Origin: Planctomycetota bacterium
GTDB taxonomy: Bacteria; Planctomycetota; SZUA-567; H5-PLA8
DNA: 64,000 nt
Assembly (NCBI GenBank): GCA_038227875.1
Contig: JBBRPR010000027.1
Location: 1 to 64,000 of the forward strand
Direction of reading: 5' to 3'
The notes below the pieces were generated by a model. That model did not search any database. It saw only the letters and a list, made by a program, of their open reading frames with translations, and was not told where the DNA came from. Made by a program: the position numbers and the translations under genes. Of the stretch, positions 28,628 to 38,473 are shown one piece after another (the stretch's first letter is position 1; every line of letters starts with the position of its first letter).

Positions 28628-29530
28628 ATGAAAAGCTTCGAACTGTCCCGAGAGCGAGCTCTGCTCGCTCTCGACGGACTTTCCGTCGGAGACGCGCTCG
28701 GCAATTTCTATTTGTATGCGATGAATCCCATCGAGCCGCTCATTGCCGACCGGTTCCTGCCACCGACGCCGTGGAAGTACACCGACGATACGGAAATGGC
28801 ACTGGGGATTCTGGAGGTCCTGCGGGCGCGGGGCGGCATCGATCAGGATCTACTCGCGACAGTGTTTGCGCGGCGCTACAAGGCTGACGACACACGCGAC
28901 TACGGCGCGAGCGCCTGCGACGTGCTCGAGGAAGTCGCGAACGGCGGTTCATGGCGCGCCGCCGCTGCGCGGGTCTTCGGAGGTCGCGGCTCGATGGGAA
29001 ACGGCGGCGCGATGCGCGTCGCGCCGCTGGCAGCGTGGTTCGCGGATGATCTTGCGCGGGTTGCGAAGGAAGCGCGATTGTCCGCGCAAGTCACACATGC
29101 TCACGAGGAAGGTCAGGCAGGAGCCATCGCGATTGCCGTTGCCACGGCCTCCGCATGTTCGCCATCGCGTGGCATACTGCAGCTGCGGAAAGATCTGTTC
29201 GAATCCGCACTCGAATATTGCTCTGCTGGATCAACTCGGGCTGGAATCGAAGCCGCCCGCCTGCTCGATGCTCAAACCAACCCCGAGCAAGCCGCGAAAA
29301 GGTTAGGCAACGGAAGCACCGGCACCGCGCCGGAGACAGTCCCCTTCTGTCTTTGGTGTGCGGCGCGGCATTTGGACTGTTTTGAGGACGCGATCTGGAC
29401 GGCGATAGAAGCCGGAGGCGACATGGACACGACCAGCGCGATCATCGGCGGCATCGTGGCACTAGCCGCCGGTCGCGAATCCATTCCTGAGCACTGGATC
29501 GAAGCACGGGAAGTCTTGCGATTTAAATGA
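28628..29530 (+). CDS. ADP-ribosylglycohydrolase (ARH/DraG family)
   Basis: Motifs VGDALG, YTDDTEM, SMGNGGAMRVAP, THAH and GGDMDT. Confidence 0.92.
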   Translation: MKSFELSRERALLALDGLSVGDALGNFYLYAMNPIEPLIADRFLPPTPWKYTDDTEMALGILEVLRARGGIDQDLLATVFARRYKADDTRDYGASACDVLEEVANGGSWRAAAARVFGGRGSMGNGGAMRVAPLAAWFADDLARVAKEARLSAQVTHAHEEGQAGAIAIAVATASACSPSRGILQLRKDLFESALEYCSAGSTRAGIEAARLLDAQTNPEQAAKRLGNGSTGTAPETVPFCLWCAARHLDCFEDAIWTAIEAGGDMDTTSAIIGGIVALAAGRESIPEHWIEAREVLRFK

Positions 29531-29748
29531 ACAGCATCGAGAAAAATTCTCGACACTCCTCCGCAAAAAATCCGTTCCTTTGCGTCGTTGTGACTTTGCG
29601 AGAGATTAAAAACCCCGCGCCTTCGCGAAAGAAAACGCCATAAGCCATTGCCTGCCTAGGAACAGTGTACCCTAACAGACGGCCACGAAGTCCGCAGTAA
29701 TTGCCTCAATCTTAGTGTTAAAGTAGCCGAAAACCGCCCCGAATCGGG

Positions 29749-29844
29749 TTATCAGAGTTATCAACAGTTATCCACTGCCAAAGATTTTCATTCCTACAAG
29801 GCTCCTAATTTCAAGGGCTTAGGATGTGAATAACATGTGAATAT
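29749..29844. promoter_or_regulatory. DnaA-box-like cluster flanking an IHF-like site
   Basis: TTATCAACA at 29758, TTATCCACT at 29768, TGTGAATAA at 29825, TGTGAATAT at 29836. TTTCAAGGGCTTA at 29809-29821. Confidence 0.6.
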
Positions 29845-29862
29845 GTTATAAAGTTTTCATCG

Positions 29863-29916
29863 TTGACACCCACTACATGTTGGGGTATCTTCCCGCTTCT
29901 CAACTACAAAAGGTAT
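29863..29916 (+). promoter_or_regulatory. nrdJ promoter with tandem NrdR boxes
   Basis: TTGACA-N17-TATCTT. NrdR-box-like CCACTACATGTTGGGG at 29870-29885 and a weaker copy 31 bp downstream. Confidence 0.75.
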
Positions 29917-30212
29917 TTTTGATTGAAGACCAGCATACCGACCGACGATCCCTATTTCTGCCTGGAGTCATAACACGAGCTTGGTAGATTAGGGTCGGAT
30001 TAGGTTGGATGTTTTGTCGCTTTTTGTATTGACCGTTTTAGGGTGTTCAGTCAGTCATACAATAAATGGGGCGTGGGCGCGGGTAGGAAGGGACGACGGT
30101 GTGGTAGCCGGTGGTGGAGGGTGGGCAGTGCTCCTGCCAACTGTCTTCCGCCTGCTGCAAAAGGCCGTCGGGGTTTCTTACCATTCCACACAAGTCATAA
30201 AGAGGAGGGTGC

Positions 30213-32945
30213 ATGATTTATCCGGCGAAGAAAAGTGCGGTAGACGGTGGCGTGGCCAAGGCGGAGACTTCAATTCCTGTGAAGGATCGCGATGCAAAAC
30301 TTCAGGAAGCTGCCGGTGCCAAGCCGGTCGACCCGGTCTGGGCCAACGGCAAGTCGTTGGGTCTGACGGACAATTGCGTCCGCGTGCTGATGTCGCGCTA
30401 CCTTAAGAAGGGGCCTGACGGCAAGTGCACCGAGACGCCCGAAGAACTCTTCACGCGCGTCGCCAAGACCGTCGCCGCCGCCGAAGTCCGTTACGGCAAG
30501 AAACCCGCCGAGATCGCCCAGATTGAACGCGAATACTTCGACCTGATGATCAAGGGCATCTACATGCCCAACAGCCCCACGCTGATGAACGCCGGCCGCG
30601 AAATGGGCATGCTCTCCGCCTGCTTCGTGCTGCCCGTGGGCGATTCGATCGATGAGATTTTCGACACGGTGAAGGCCACGGCGCTAATTCAGAAGGCCGG
30701 CGGCGGCACCGGGTTCGCCTTTGACCGTCTGCGCCCGACCGGCGACTGGATCAAGTCCTCCGGCGGCACCACCTCCGGCCCGATCAGCTTCTGGAAAGTC
30801 CTGAGCGAAGCGACCAACGCGATTCAGCAGGGCGCGTTCCGCCGCGGCGCCAACATGGGCATGCTCAAGATCACGCATCCCGACATCCTGAAGTTCATCT
30901 ACGCCAAGCAGGATCTCTCGCGCTTCCAGAATTACAACATCTCGGTCAAGGTCACCGACCCGTGGATGGAAGCGTACCGCAAGAACCCCGACCAGCCGCA
31001 TCTGGTCCAGAATTTCCGCTCCAAGAAGGAATATGTCCTTCAGAAGAGCCTGAAGATCGAAGATTACCAGTTGAACGACCTGATGCCGCTGGAAGAGTAC
31101 CTCGCGCTGCCGGCCGAAAAGCGCCCGTCGGTGTGGAAGATGAGCGACGTCTGGGACACGATCGTCAACCATGCCTGGCAGACCGGCGAACCGGGCGTGA
31201 TTTTCATCGACCGCATCAACCAGTTCAACCCGACCCCCAACGTCGGCGAAATGGAAGCGACCAACCCGTGCGGCGAGCAGCCCCTGCTGCCGTTCGAAGC
31301 CTGCAATTTGGGCTCGGTCAATCTCGGTCTCTTCGTGAAGGACAACTGCGACGGCAAGACGCCCGAACAGGCCGTCGACTGGGATGGCCTGCGCAAGGCC
31401 GTGCGTCTTTCCACGCGCTTCCTGGAAAACGTGGTCGAAGTCAACAACTACGTCATTCCTCAGATCGCCAAGGTCTGCACGGAAAACCGCAAGATCGGCC
31501 TGGGGATCATGGGCTTTGCCGATGCGCTCTACAAGCTCGGTGTCGGCTACAACACCCAGAGCGGCGTCGAATGGGGCGAACGCTTCATGAAGTTCGTCAA
31601 CGACGAAGCGCACAACGAATCCGAACACCTGGCCGAAGAGCGCGGCGTCTTTAAGAACTGGAAGGGCAGCCGCTGGGAACTGGAATGGAAGCGCAAGCAG
31701 CGCAACGCCTGCTCCACGACCGTCGCGCCGACCGGCACGATCTCGATCATCTCCAACTGCTCCGGCGGCGTGGAACCGCTCTTCTCGCTGGCATTCTTCC
31801 GCCACGTGATGCGCGACCACAAGGGCGAAGCGCAGCGCATGGTCGAAGTCAACGACGCGTTCAAGGCCGTCGCCAAGGCCGCCAACTTCTGGGGCTATAA
31901 CGAAGCGGAGCTCTTTGACCGCATCGCCACGGAAGGCACGCTGCACAACATCCCCAACATTCCCGAAAAGGTGAAGCAGACGTTCGTCTGCGCGCACGAC
32001 ATTTCGCCGGAATGGCACATCCAGATGCAGGCGGCTTTCCAGCGCCACTGCGACAGCTCCATCAGCAAGACGACCAACTTCCCGTCCCACGCCACGCCCG
32101 CCGCCGTTCGCGCCATTTACGAACTGGCGTACGACACCGGCTGCAAGGGCGTCACTGTCTACCGCGACGGCTGCCGCAAGGGCCAGCCGATGGCGCTGAA
32201 GGAAGAGAAGAAGAAGGAAGAACCGAAGCCAGCCGCGCCGGTCGCGCACACCCTGGCCACGCAGCCGGTCATCAAGCCGGTGAAGACGCCGACGATTCTT
32301 TCGGCCGTCCGCATCCGCTCGAACACGCCCTTCGGCCACATGCATCTGACGATCTCCGTGGATCCGAAGACCGAACGCGAGTTGGAAGTGTTCGCGCAGC
32401 TGGGCAAGGCCGGCGACGTTGCCGCCTCCGACCTGGAAGCGATCTGCCGCATGGTCAGCCTGTTCCTGCGCAGCGGCGGTTCGATGGACCTGGTGATGGA
32501 TCAGCTCGAAGGCATCGGCTCGCACCTGTCGATTCCGACGAAGGACGGCCGCGTCATGAGCCTCGGCGACGCGCTGGGCAAGACGATCCGCAAGTACTGG
32601 CAGGCGAAGAAGAGCTACGGTCTGAAGGCGATCCTGCTGGGCGAAGTGGACATCGACGCCCCGCACGGCGGCAACGGCAATGGTCATGGCAACGGACATG
32701 GCAATGGCCACGCCAACGGCCATCCCACCGCCGCCGGCACGGAAGCGCCGAAGGCCTCCGCGACGTCGATCATCGCCGAAGCCGTGGCGCACGCAGTCGC
32801 GCCGCGGTCGGGCAATTCCAAGACGACGATCAGCGACGAACTGCTCACCGGCTACAAGTTGAAGTGCCCCGAATGCGGCGCCGGCACCCTGGCGTTCGTT
32901 GAAGGCTGCGTCAAGTGCGCGGCATGCGGGTACAGCAAGTGCTAA
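30213..32945 (+). CDS. nrdJ: Adenosylcobalamin-dependent (class II) ribonucleotide reductase with fused C-terminal TSCPD/Zn-ribbon region
   Basis: Motifs PNSPTLMNAG, LSACFV, ATNPCGEQPL, VAPTGTIS and KGVTVYRDG. C-terminal CPECG..EGCVKCAACGYSKC. Confidence 0.95.
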   Translation: MIYPAKKSAVDGGVAKAETSIPVKDRDAKLQEAAGAKPVDPVWANGKSLGLTDNCVRVLMSRYLKKGPDGKCTETPEELFTRVAKTVAAAEVRYGKKPAEIAQIEREYFDLMIKGIYMPNSPTLMNAGREMGMLSACFVLPVGDSIDEIFDTVKATALIQKAGGGTGFAFDRLRPTGDWIKSSGGTTSGPISFWKVLSEATNAIQQGAFRRGANMGMLKITHPDILKFIYAKQDLSRFQNYNISVKVTDPWMEAYRKNPDQPHLVQNFRSKKEYVLQKSLKIEDYQLNDLMPLEEYLALPAEKRPSVWKMSDVWDTIVNHAWQTGEPGVIFIDRINQFNPTPNVGEMEATNPCGEQPLLPFEACNLGSVNLGLFVKDNCDGKTPEQAVDWDGLRKAVRLSTRFLENVVEVNNYVIPQIAKVCTENRKIGLGIMGFADALYKLGVGYNTQSGVEWGERFMKFVNDEAHNESEHLAEERGVFKNWKGSRWELEWKRKQRNACSTTVAPTGTISIISNCSGGVEPLFSLAFFRHVMRDHKGEAQRMVEVNDAFKAVAKAANFWGYNEAELFDRIATEGTLHNIPNIPEKVKQTFVCAHDISPEWHIQMQAAFQRHCDSSISKTTNFPSHATPAAVRAIYELAYDTGCKGVTVYRDGCRKGQPMALKEEKKKEEPKPAAPVAHTLATQPVIKPVKTPTILSAVRIRSNTPFGHMHLTISVDPKTERELEVFAQLGKAGDVAASDLEAICRMVSLFLRSGGSMDLVMDQLEGIGSHLSIPTKDGRVMSLGDALGKTIRKYWQAKKSYGLKAILLGEVDIDAPHGGNGNGHGNGHGNGHANGHPTAAGTEAPKASATSIIAEAVAHAVAPRSGNSKTTISDELLTGYKLKCPECGAGTLAFVEGCVKCAACGYSKC

Positions 32946-32974
32946 GTTCGTAGTTCAGAACGATGAATGAACAG

Positions 32975-33008
32975 AAACGCCCTCCGAGTGGAGGGCGTTT
33001 TTGTTTTG
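32975..33008 (+). terminator. Rho-independent terminator
   Basis: AAACGCCCTCC-GAGT-GGAGGGCGTTT followed by a T tract. Confidence 0.85.
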
Positions 33009-33075
33009 TTGAACCCGGAGTGTTAATAGACATTAGCCGGCATAGACCTAAGTTTAAAATTTATGTATTAAATAA

Positions 33076-33104
33076 TTGACAAACCCTAATCCACGGTCTA
33101 TTAT
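33076..33104 (+). promoter_or_regulatory. Sigma70 promoter without an obvious downstream CDS
   Basis: TTGACA-N17-TATTAT with an AT-rich upstream element. Confidence 0.6.
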
Positions 33105-33396
33105 CAACCGATGGAGTGGTCTGATCTCTGACAACCGCATAGTCCATTCAACACCCGCGATCGGGCAACCGCGCGCGATCCACGCACGGACGCGCCGTCG
33201 TAATTCCCAACTGCCGACATCGCATACGGTTGAGCAACCCTTTGGCGTAGTACAACAATATTTTTGTACTGGAAAACACTAGGCACCTGAAAATGCGTAA
33301 CATTATGTAACATTTTGTAACATTCGCCTATGAACGCGGTGTGGTACTTCACCCCGTGCAATCGAGCCCAATGTTACATCGCCGGACAAACGTTTC

Positions 33397-33870
33397 TCAT
33401 TCCGGCACCACGCTCACCGACCACTCGCCATTCGCCTGCTTCGTCGCGGTGCTCGTGAAACGGCCCGTGCGCTTCGTTCGCGCGGCGAACTGAGCAATCA
33501 GCATCTGCGCGGCCTGGCTCGGCTGAAACGACTGCTTATTCGGCCCGTAGATGCAACACAGGTATCCGCCCTGCGGATCGGGGGCGACGGTGAACTTGAA
33601 ATTCGTCCAGCCCGGTGGCGCTTCGCGGATCAACTGCGATCCGATCGCTTGCGTCAGCTTCGGCATCTCGAAAATGTCGACCGGCGGACCTCCCGCCGCA
33701 GGGGCGCCCTGCAATGACGCGCGGATTATCCCGACGGCGATCCCGATGCTCACCAGGCCACACGGAATAAACACGGCCGACTCGCTGCCAAACACCGCAA
33801 CATAAATCAACGCCAGACCGAAGAGTCCAAAAAAGCCGCCCGCGAGAATGCTCGATATGCGTTCGCCCAT
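33397..33870 (-). CDS. Small two-TM membrane protein
   Basis: MGERISSILAGG start, two hydrophobic helices, then a soluble domain. Confidence 0.7.
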   Translation of the reverse strand: MGERISSILAGGFFGLFGLALIYVAVFGSESAVFIPCGLVSIGIAVGIIRASLQGAPAAGGPPVDIFEMPKLTQAIGSQLIREAPPGWTNFKFTVAPDPQGGYLCCIYGPNKQSFQPSQAAQMLIAQFAARTKRTGRFTSTATKQANGEWSVSVVPE

Positions 33871-33940
33871 GGAAAGCCCCTTCAATAATGTGTTGGGACA
33901 GCGTATCTGGAACGGATGGCAATTTTCAAGCCCCCTGTAC

Positions 33941-33969
33941 TTGACAACGTGTAAAATATACACTATGAT
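33941..33969 (+). promoter_or_regulatory. Promoter with NrtR-type operator
   Basis: TTGACA-N17-TATGAT. Palindrome GTGT-AAAATAT-ACAC (GT-N7-AC) in the spacer. Confidence 0.8.
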
Positions 33970-33999
33970 TAAGCCGTCGCTCAAATGTGGAGAACAAAA

Positions 34000-34689
34000 A
34001 TGCCGTTTACCTACGAGTACGCCCGGCCCAGCCTGACCGTCGATTGCGTCATCTTCGGGTTGGACGAGGAGAATCTGAAGGTGCTGCTGATCGAGCGCGA
34101 TCTGGAGCCCTTCAAGGGCAAGTGGGCGCTCCCAGGCGGGTTCGTGCGACTCGACGAAACGCTCGACGAAGCCGCGCGTCGCGAACTGCGAGAAGAGACC
34201 GGCGTCGAGAATGTTTTTCTCGAGCAACTCTACACGTTCGGCGAACTCCACCGCGATCCACGGGAGCGCGTGGTCACCGTGGCGTACTACGCGCTGATCA
34301 ACTTGAGCGACTATCAGATCAAGGCGAGCACCGACGCGCGCAACGCGGCCTGGTTTGCGCTCTCGGATCTCCCCAAGCTCGCCTTCGATCACGACAAGAT
34401 TTACGACACGGCGCTCAATCGCCTGAAAGGCAAGCTGCGTTACCAGCCGATCGGCTTTGAACTGCTGCCGCATAAATTCAAGCTCTCGCGGCTGCAGAAA
34501 CTCTACGAAATGGTGCTCGAGCGCCCGCTGGATAAGCGCAACTTCCGCAAGAAAATCCTGAGCATGGATCTGCTGATCGAACTCGATGAAATCGAACAGG
34601 ACGTCGCCCACCGCGCCGCGCGTCTGTACAGCTTCGATGAGAAGAAGTATCAGCGCCTGGTGAAGAAGGGCTTCAACTTCGAACTGTGA
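34000..34689 (+). CDS. nrtR: NrtR Nudix-related transcriptional regulator
   Basis: [33 protein letters not shown] and LAFDH. C-terminal wHTH ([15 protein letters not shown]). Confidence 0.92.
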   Translation: MPFTYEYARPSLTVDCVIFGLDEENLKVLLIERDLEPFKGKWALPGGFVRLDETLDEAARRELREETGVENVFLEQLYTFGELHRDPRERVVTVAYYALINLSDYQIKASTDARNAAWFALSDLPKLAFDHDKIYDTALNRLKGKLRYQPIGFELLPHKFKLSRLQKLYEMVLERPLDKRNFRKKILSMDLLIELDEIEQDVAHRAARLYSFDEKKYQRLVKKGFNFEL

Positions 34690-35177
34690 GCGCGCAGTAT
34701 GTGGAAGAAGGATGGGTGAAGGCGATGGCAAACATTATAAAATTCTACCGCATTGGCGATGAGTACGGCTGCTTCTCCAACTTTGCGGCGTACCCGATCA
34801 AACTGGATGGAAAGACGTGGCCAACGAGCGAGCATTATTTTCAGGCGCAGAAATTTGTTGATCCCCAGGACGCGGAAGCGATTCGCGACGTGAAGTCTCC
34901 GATGGTCGCCGCAACGATGGGGCGTGACCGCAAGAAAAAGATTCGACGCGATTGGGACAGCGCCAAGGATGAAATCATGTACTGCGCCATTCGAGCCAAG
35001 TTCTCCCAGCACGCGGATATTCGGGAAGGGCTACTGGCAACGGGCGATGCGAAACTGATCGAACATACCGCCAACGACAACTACTGGGCCGATGGCGGCG
35101 ACGGCAGCGGCAAGAACATGCTGGGTATTCTCCTGATGCGGTTGCGCGACGAACTGCGCGTGGAGGCGGCAAAATGA
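34686..35177 (+). CDS. NADAR (YbiA-like) family protein
   Basis: Motifs [42 protein letters not shown]. An alternative ATG lies at 34725. Confidence 0.92.
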   Translation: MSAQYVEEGWVKAMANIIKFYRIGDEYGCFSNFAAYPIKLDGKTWPTSEHYFQAQKFVDPQDAEAIRDVKSPMVAATMGRDRKKKIRRDWDSAKDEIMYCAIRAKFSQHADIREGLLATGDAKLIEHTANDNYWADGGDGSGKNMLGILLMRLRDELRVEAAK

Positions 35178-35788
35178 ACGCGTTAATTCTCGTCGATCTT
35201 CAAAACGATTTCATGCCCGGCGGCGCGCTCCCCGTGGCCGACGGCGACGCGGTCGCGCCGATTGCCAATCGCCTGCTCGCGAAATTTCCGTTCGTCGTCG
35301 CCACACAGGATTGGCATCCGGCGTCGCATGGCAGTTTTGCGGCCAATCACTCGGGCAAGAGGCCGGGGGAGATGATGGAACTCAACGGGCTGCCGCAGGT
35401 GCTCTGGCCGGTGCATTGTGTTCAGCATTCCCCGGGCGCGGCTTTTGTGCAGGAACTCGATACCACGAAGATCACGCGCGTATTTCAAAAAGGCACGGAC
35501 GCAGGCATCGACAGCTACAGCGGGTTCTTCGACAACGGACACCGCAAAGCGACGGGCCTCGGCGATTACCTCAAAGCACAGGGCGTCGACGCGGTATGTG
35601 TGCTTGGCGTTGCGACCGATTACTGCGTGAAGTTTACGGCGCTTGATGCGCGTGAGCTTGGGTTTAAGACCACGTTGATTGTTGACGCCTGCCGCGGCGT
35701 GAACTTGAAGCCCGGCGACGTCGAGGCCGCAGTTATGGAGATGCAGCGCGCAAGCGTGACCGTCGTGAACAGTGCGGACATCAAATAA
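35174..35788 (+). CDS. pncA: Nicotinamidase/pyrazinamidase
   Basis: VDLQNDFMPGGAL, TQDWHP, WPVHCVQ, DSYSGF and GVATDYCV. Confidence 0.95.
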   Translation: MNALILVDLQNDFMPGGALPVADGDAVAPIANRLLAKFPFVVATQDWHPASHGSFAANHSGKRPGEMMELNGLPQVLWPVHCVQHSPGAAFVQELDTTKITRVFQKGTDAGIDSYSGFFDNGHRKATGLGDYLKAQGVDAVCVLGVATDYCVKFTALDARELGFKTTLIVDACRGVNLKPGDVEAAVMEMQRASVTVVNSADIK

Positions 35789-35803
35789 CGAGGAGTGATA
35801 CCC

Positions 35804-36340
35804 ATGGCGACGCCAACAGACAAACCGGACGACGTGCTCTACGACGGAAAATTCCTGCGGTATGTGCGGCGCGGGAATTGGGAGTTCGTGCAGCGCAAGA
35901 AGGTCTCGGGCATCGTCGGCATCGTGGCGGTGACGGCCGAGCGCAAACTGCTGCTCGTCGAACAGTACCGCGTCCCCGTCAAATGCAACGTGATCGAAAT
36001 TCCCGCGGGACTGGCGGGCGACATCGCCGGCCAGGAAAATGAAGCGCTCGAACTGGCCGCCGCGCGCGAACTGTTCGAAGAGACCGGCTACGAGGCCAAG
36101 AAATTCACGCAGCTGACGGCCGGCGCCGTCTCAGCGGGGCTCACCGATGAATTCATCACGCTCTTCCGCGCCGAGGAACTCAAGAAAGTAAACGCGGGCG
36201 GCGGCGACGGCACCGAGAACATCGTCGTCCACGAAATCCCGCTCAGCGACGTCCGCCGCTGGCTCGACGAACGCCGCCGCGGCGGCACGATGATCGACTT
36301 GAAGGTGTATTCGGGGTTGGCGTTTTGTCCGGAGAAGTAG
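35804..36340 (+). CDS. Nudix hydrolase (ADP-ribose pyrophosphatase-like)
   Basis: VEQYRVPV..IEIPAG..AARELFEETGY. AGGAG RBS. Confidence 0.88.
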   Translation: MATPTDKPDDVLYDGKFLRYVRRGNWEFVQRKKVSGIVGIVAVTAERKLLLVEQYRVPVKCNVIEIPAGLAGDIAGQENEALELAAARELFEETGYEAKKFTQLTAGAVSAGLTDEFITLFRAEELKKVNAGGGDGTENIVVHEIPLSDVRRWLDERRRGGTMIDLKVYSGLAFCPEK

Positions 36341-36342
36341 TC

Positions 36343-36819
36343 ATGAACACCATCTACTACCTCAAAGGCGACGCTACGTCCCCCAAGGCCTCGGGCCGCA
36401 AGCTCATCGTTCACATCTGCAATGACATGGGCGGATGGGGCAAGGGCTTTGTCCTCGCCATTTCCAAGCGGTGGCCGGAACCGGAAGAACACTATCGAAA
36501 ATGGCACCGCGAACGCAATCGCAATGATTTCGCGCTGGGCTCGGTCCAGTTCGTGCAATGCGAATCGTACATTTGGGTCGCCAACCTGATCGGCCAGCAC
36601 GGCATGAAAACCGGCAGCGAGGGTCCGCCGATTCGCTACGACGCCGTGGAGACAGGACTCGCCAAAATCGCGGCGAAGGCGGCGGAAATCAAGGCGAGCG
36701 TGCATATGCCGCGCATCGGCTGTGGCCTCGCCGGCGGGAAATGGGAGCAGATCGAGCCGCTCATCGAGCAGACGTTGCTCGCCGCGGGAATCGATACATA
36801 TGTCTACGATTTTGGATGA
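36343..36819 (+). CDS. Macrodomain protein (Appr-1''-p processing, TARG1/DarG-like subgroup)
   Basis: KGDAT..IVHICND.GGWGKGFV and HMPRIGCGLAGGKW. Confidence 0.88.
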   Translation: MNTIYYLKGDATSPKASGRKLIVHICNDMGGWGKGFVLAISKRWPEPEEHYRKWHRERNRNDFALGSVQFVQCESYIWVANLIGQHGMKTGSEGPPIRYDAVETGLAKIAAKAAEIKASVHMPRIGCGLAGGKWEQIEPLIEQTLLAAGIDTYVYDFG

Positions 36820-36838
36820 TCGTGTTCGGCCTTTCGCA

Positions 36839-37660
36839 TCAGCGAGCGTCACGTTTTCCGTTCCATCCCATCGAGACCAGATTCGCGGCGCTCGTGGGAT
36901 CGCCGCCGGCGGCGGTGATCGCTTTGGCGATCAGCGGCAACAGCTGTCCGTAAACGGCAGGCGTGACGTAAATCTGTTCCAGCGCGGTTTTGTCGTTTCG
37001 CCGCACGTCGATCAGGCCGCGGACGGCCCGCAGGTAACCGTCGCGCAAGTCCTGCAGCGCCTCCGCATCGCGCGTCGCGTACCACGGATAACTCATGACT
37101 TCAAGATACCGCGCATCAGCTCCGGCATCGTTCTTCATCACGTGGCTAAGCTCGCCGGCGGTGACGCCGCAAGCAATCTTGCCGCGGTCGCAGGCCAGAC
37201 CCATGCGGGAATATTCTTTGGCGGCGGCGTCGAAGACTTCGACGGCGTCTCCGTACTTGCCCTCCAGATTCAGAAGTTCAGCCTTGGCCCGCAGCAACTC
37301 GGCCACGAGCTGGGATTGGTGTTGAAATTGTTTGACCGTGGAATCGATGAATCCTCGCGTTGCCGGGTAACTTTGCACGCCGGACTTGACCGACGCCTCG
37401 CCCTCGAATCCGCGGAACGCGCTGAGGCACGCGAGCACCGTTTGATCGGTAACCATGCGATCGGCGTCCACGCGTGTCGACAGCGCAGCTCCCAATTCTC
37501 TGGGATCTTCGCCGGGCTTTCGCGTGTCCCGGCCGTGCGTCATCCACGTTTCAAATTCAGACGCCTTCAAGTCCAGCGCGGCACGGCTCTCCGCCGCGAT
37601 CGCCGCTGCGCCACTCGATGCCAGAACCAGGACGACCACGACCCACATGCTGCGATCCAT
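36839..37660 (-). CDS. Secreted helical (TPR-like) hypothetical protein
   Basis: Signal peptide and helical-repeat character. Start uncertain. Confidence 0.6.
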   Translation of the reverse strand: MDRSMWVVVVLVLASSGAAAIAAESRAALDLKASEFETWMTHGRDTRKPGEDPRELGAALSTRVDADRMVTDQTVLACLSAFRGFEGEASVKSGVQSYPATRGFIDSTVKQFQHQSQLVAELLRAKAELLNLEGKYGDAVEVFDAAAKEYSRMGLACDRGKIACGVTAGELSHVMKNDAGADARYLEVMSYPWYATRDAEALQDLRDGYLRAVRGLIDVRRNDKTALEQIYVTPAVYGQLLPLIAKAITAAGGDPTSAANLVSMGWNGKRDAR

Positions 37661-37806
37661 GCCGATGACCTCGTGAGAGTTGGAAATTTTGACGCCTCGG
37701 ACTGCAATCGGTTTCGCCCAAAATTCGTGCAACCTGCCTTGGGCTGCTGAGTCTCAATACTGTCCGCTCAAAATACGAATTCCTGTGCGACTGCCTGGAG
37801 TGCTGA

Positions 37807-38373
37807 ATGATGAAGCGATCGAATGGTCTCCTCTGGTTGTTTTTGATGATGCAACTTCCAATCAGTCTGGCCGGAGCGAAAGAAGCGGCCGGACTTTGGC
37901 CGTATGTCCATTCGGATCTGGATGACCGGTTCTACGCGCGCTGCATTCCTGCTGGCGATTCTGGAGACAAAGGCGCGACCACGATTTTTATGGTGAAGCG
38001 TACGGACGACGAACGCGTTGACGCGTACGACTGGTACAACCGAAATGGTGTAGTTCTGGGTTGGAGCCCCATTGCCGGAAAGGTCGCGGTCTGGCGGTTG
38101 CGCCAGGACGACTCCAAACCCGATCCGCAACGCGTGGAGTTCAGTTTCTATCTGGGCGGCAAGCTATTGAAAAGCTATACCGCTCAGGAACTCATCGACC
38201 GCGGGTCAAAATTCCAAGACAGACTTCCGCGGCTGGATCATGCGCCCTTGGACTACCGTGTTCTGGGTTGTCAGCAGGTTCCGGGAACCAACGATTACAA
38301 CTTCAGTATTGAACTACGCGACGGTACTCCAATCCACTTCGATATTCTCACGGGTGAAGAGCGTAAGAAGTAG
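37807..38373 (+). CDS. Secreted hypothetical protein
   Basis: Signal peptide, GGAG RBS. Confidence 0.7.
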   Translation: MMKRSNGLLWLFLMMQLPISLAGAKEAAGLWPYVHSDLDDRFYARCIPAGDSGDKGATTIFMVKRTDDERVDAYDWYNRNGVVLGWSPIAGKVAVWRLRQDDSKPDPQRVEFSFYLGGKLLKSYTAQELIDRGSKFQDRLPRLDHAPLDYRVLGCQQVPGTNDYNFSIELRDGTPIHFDILTGEERKK

Positions 38374-38473
38374 CCGCTCTATAGGTAAACCAAACCCGAT
38401 CGTGGCAGTTTCTGCCGATTGAGCGAAGTGTATAAACTCGTGCAGATTTTCGTTTGTTTTCGTCGTCTACTCC

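Noticed and set aside
29600..30212. Cobalamin riboswitch upstream of nrdJ
   Set aside because: The B12-box and core motifs were not recognised.
30684..32792. 702-aa antisense ORF and similar long shadow ORFs (e.g. 16327-17871, 20112-21839, 49617-51287)
   Set aside because: They lie opposite well-supported genes and are expected from GC-rich codon bias.
30213..32945. Intein or intron in nrdJ
   Set aside because: Motif spacing and length are normal. The GHGNGH stretch is a low-complexity linker.
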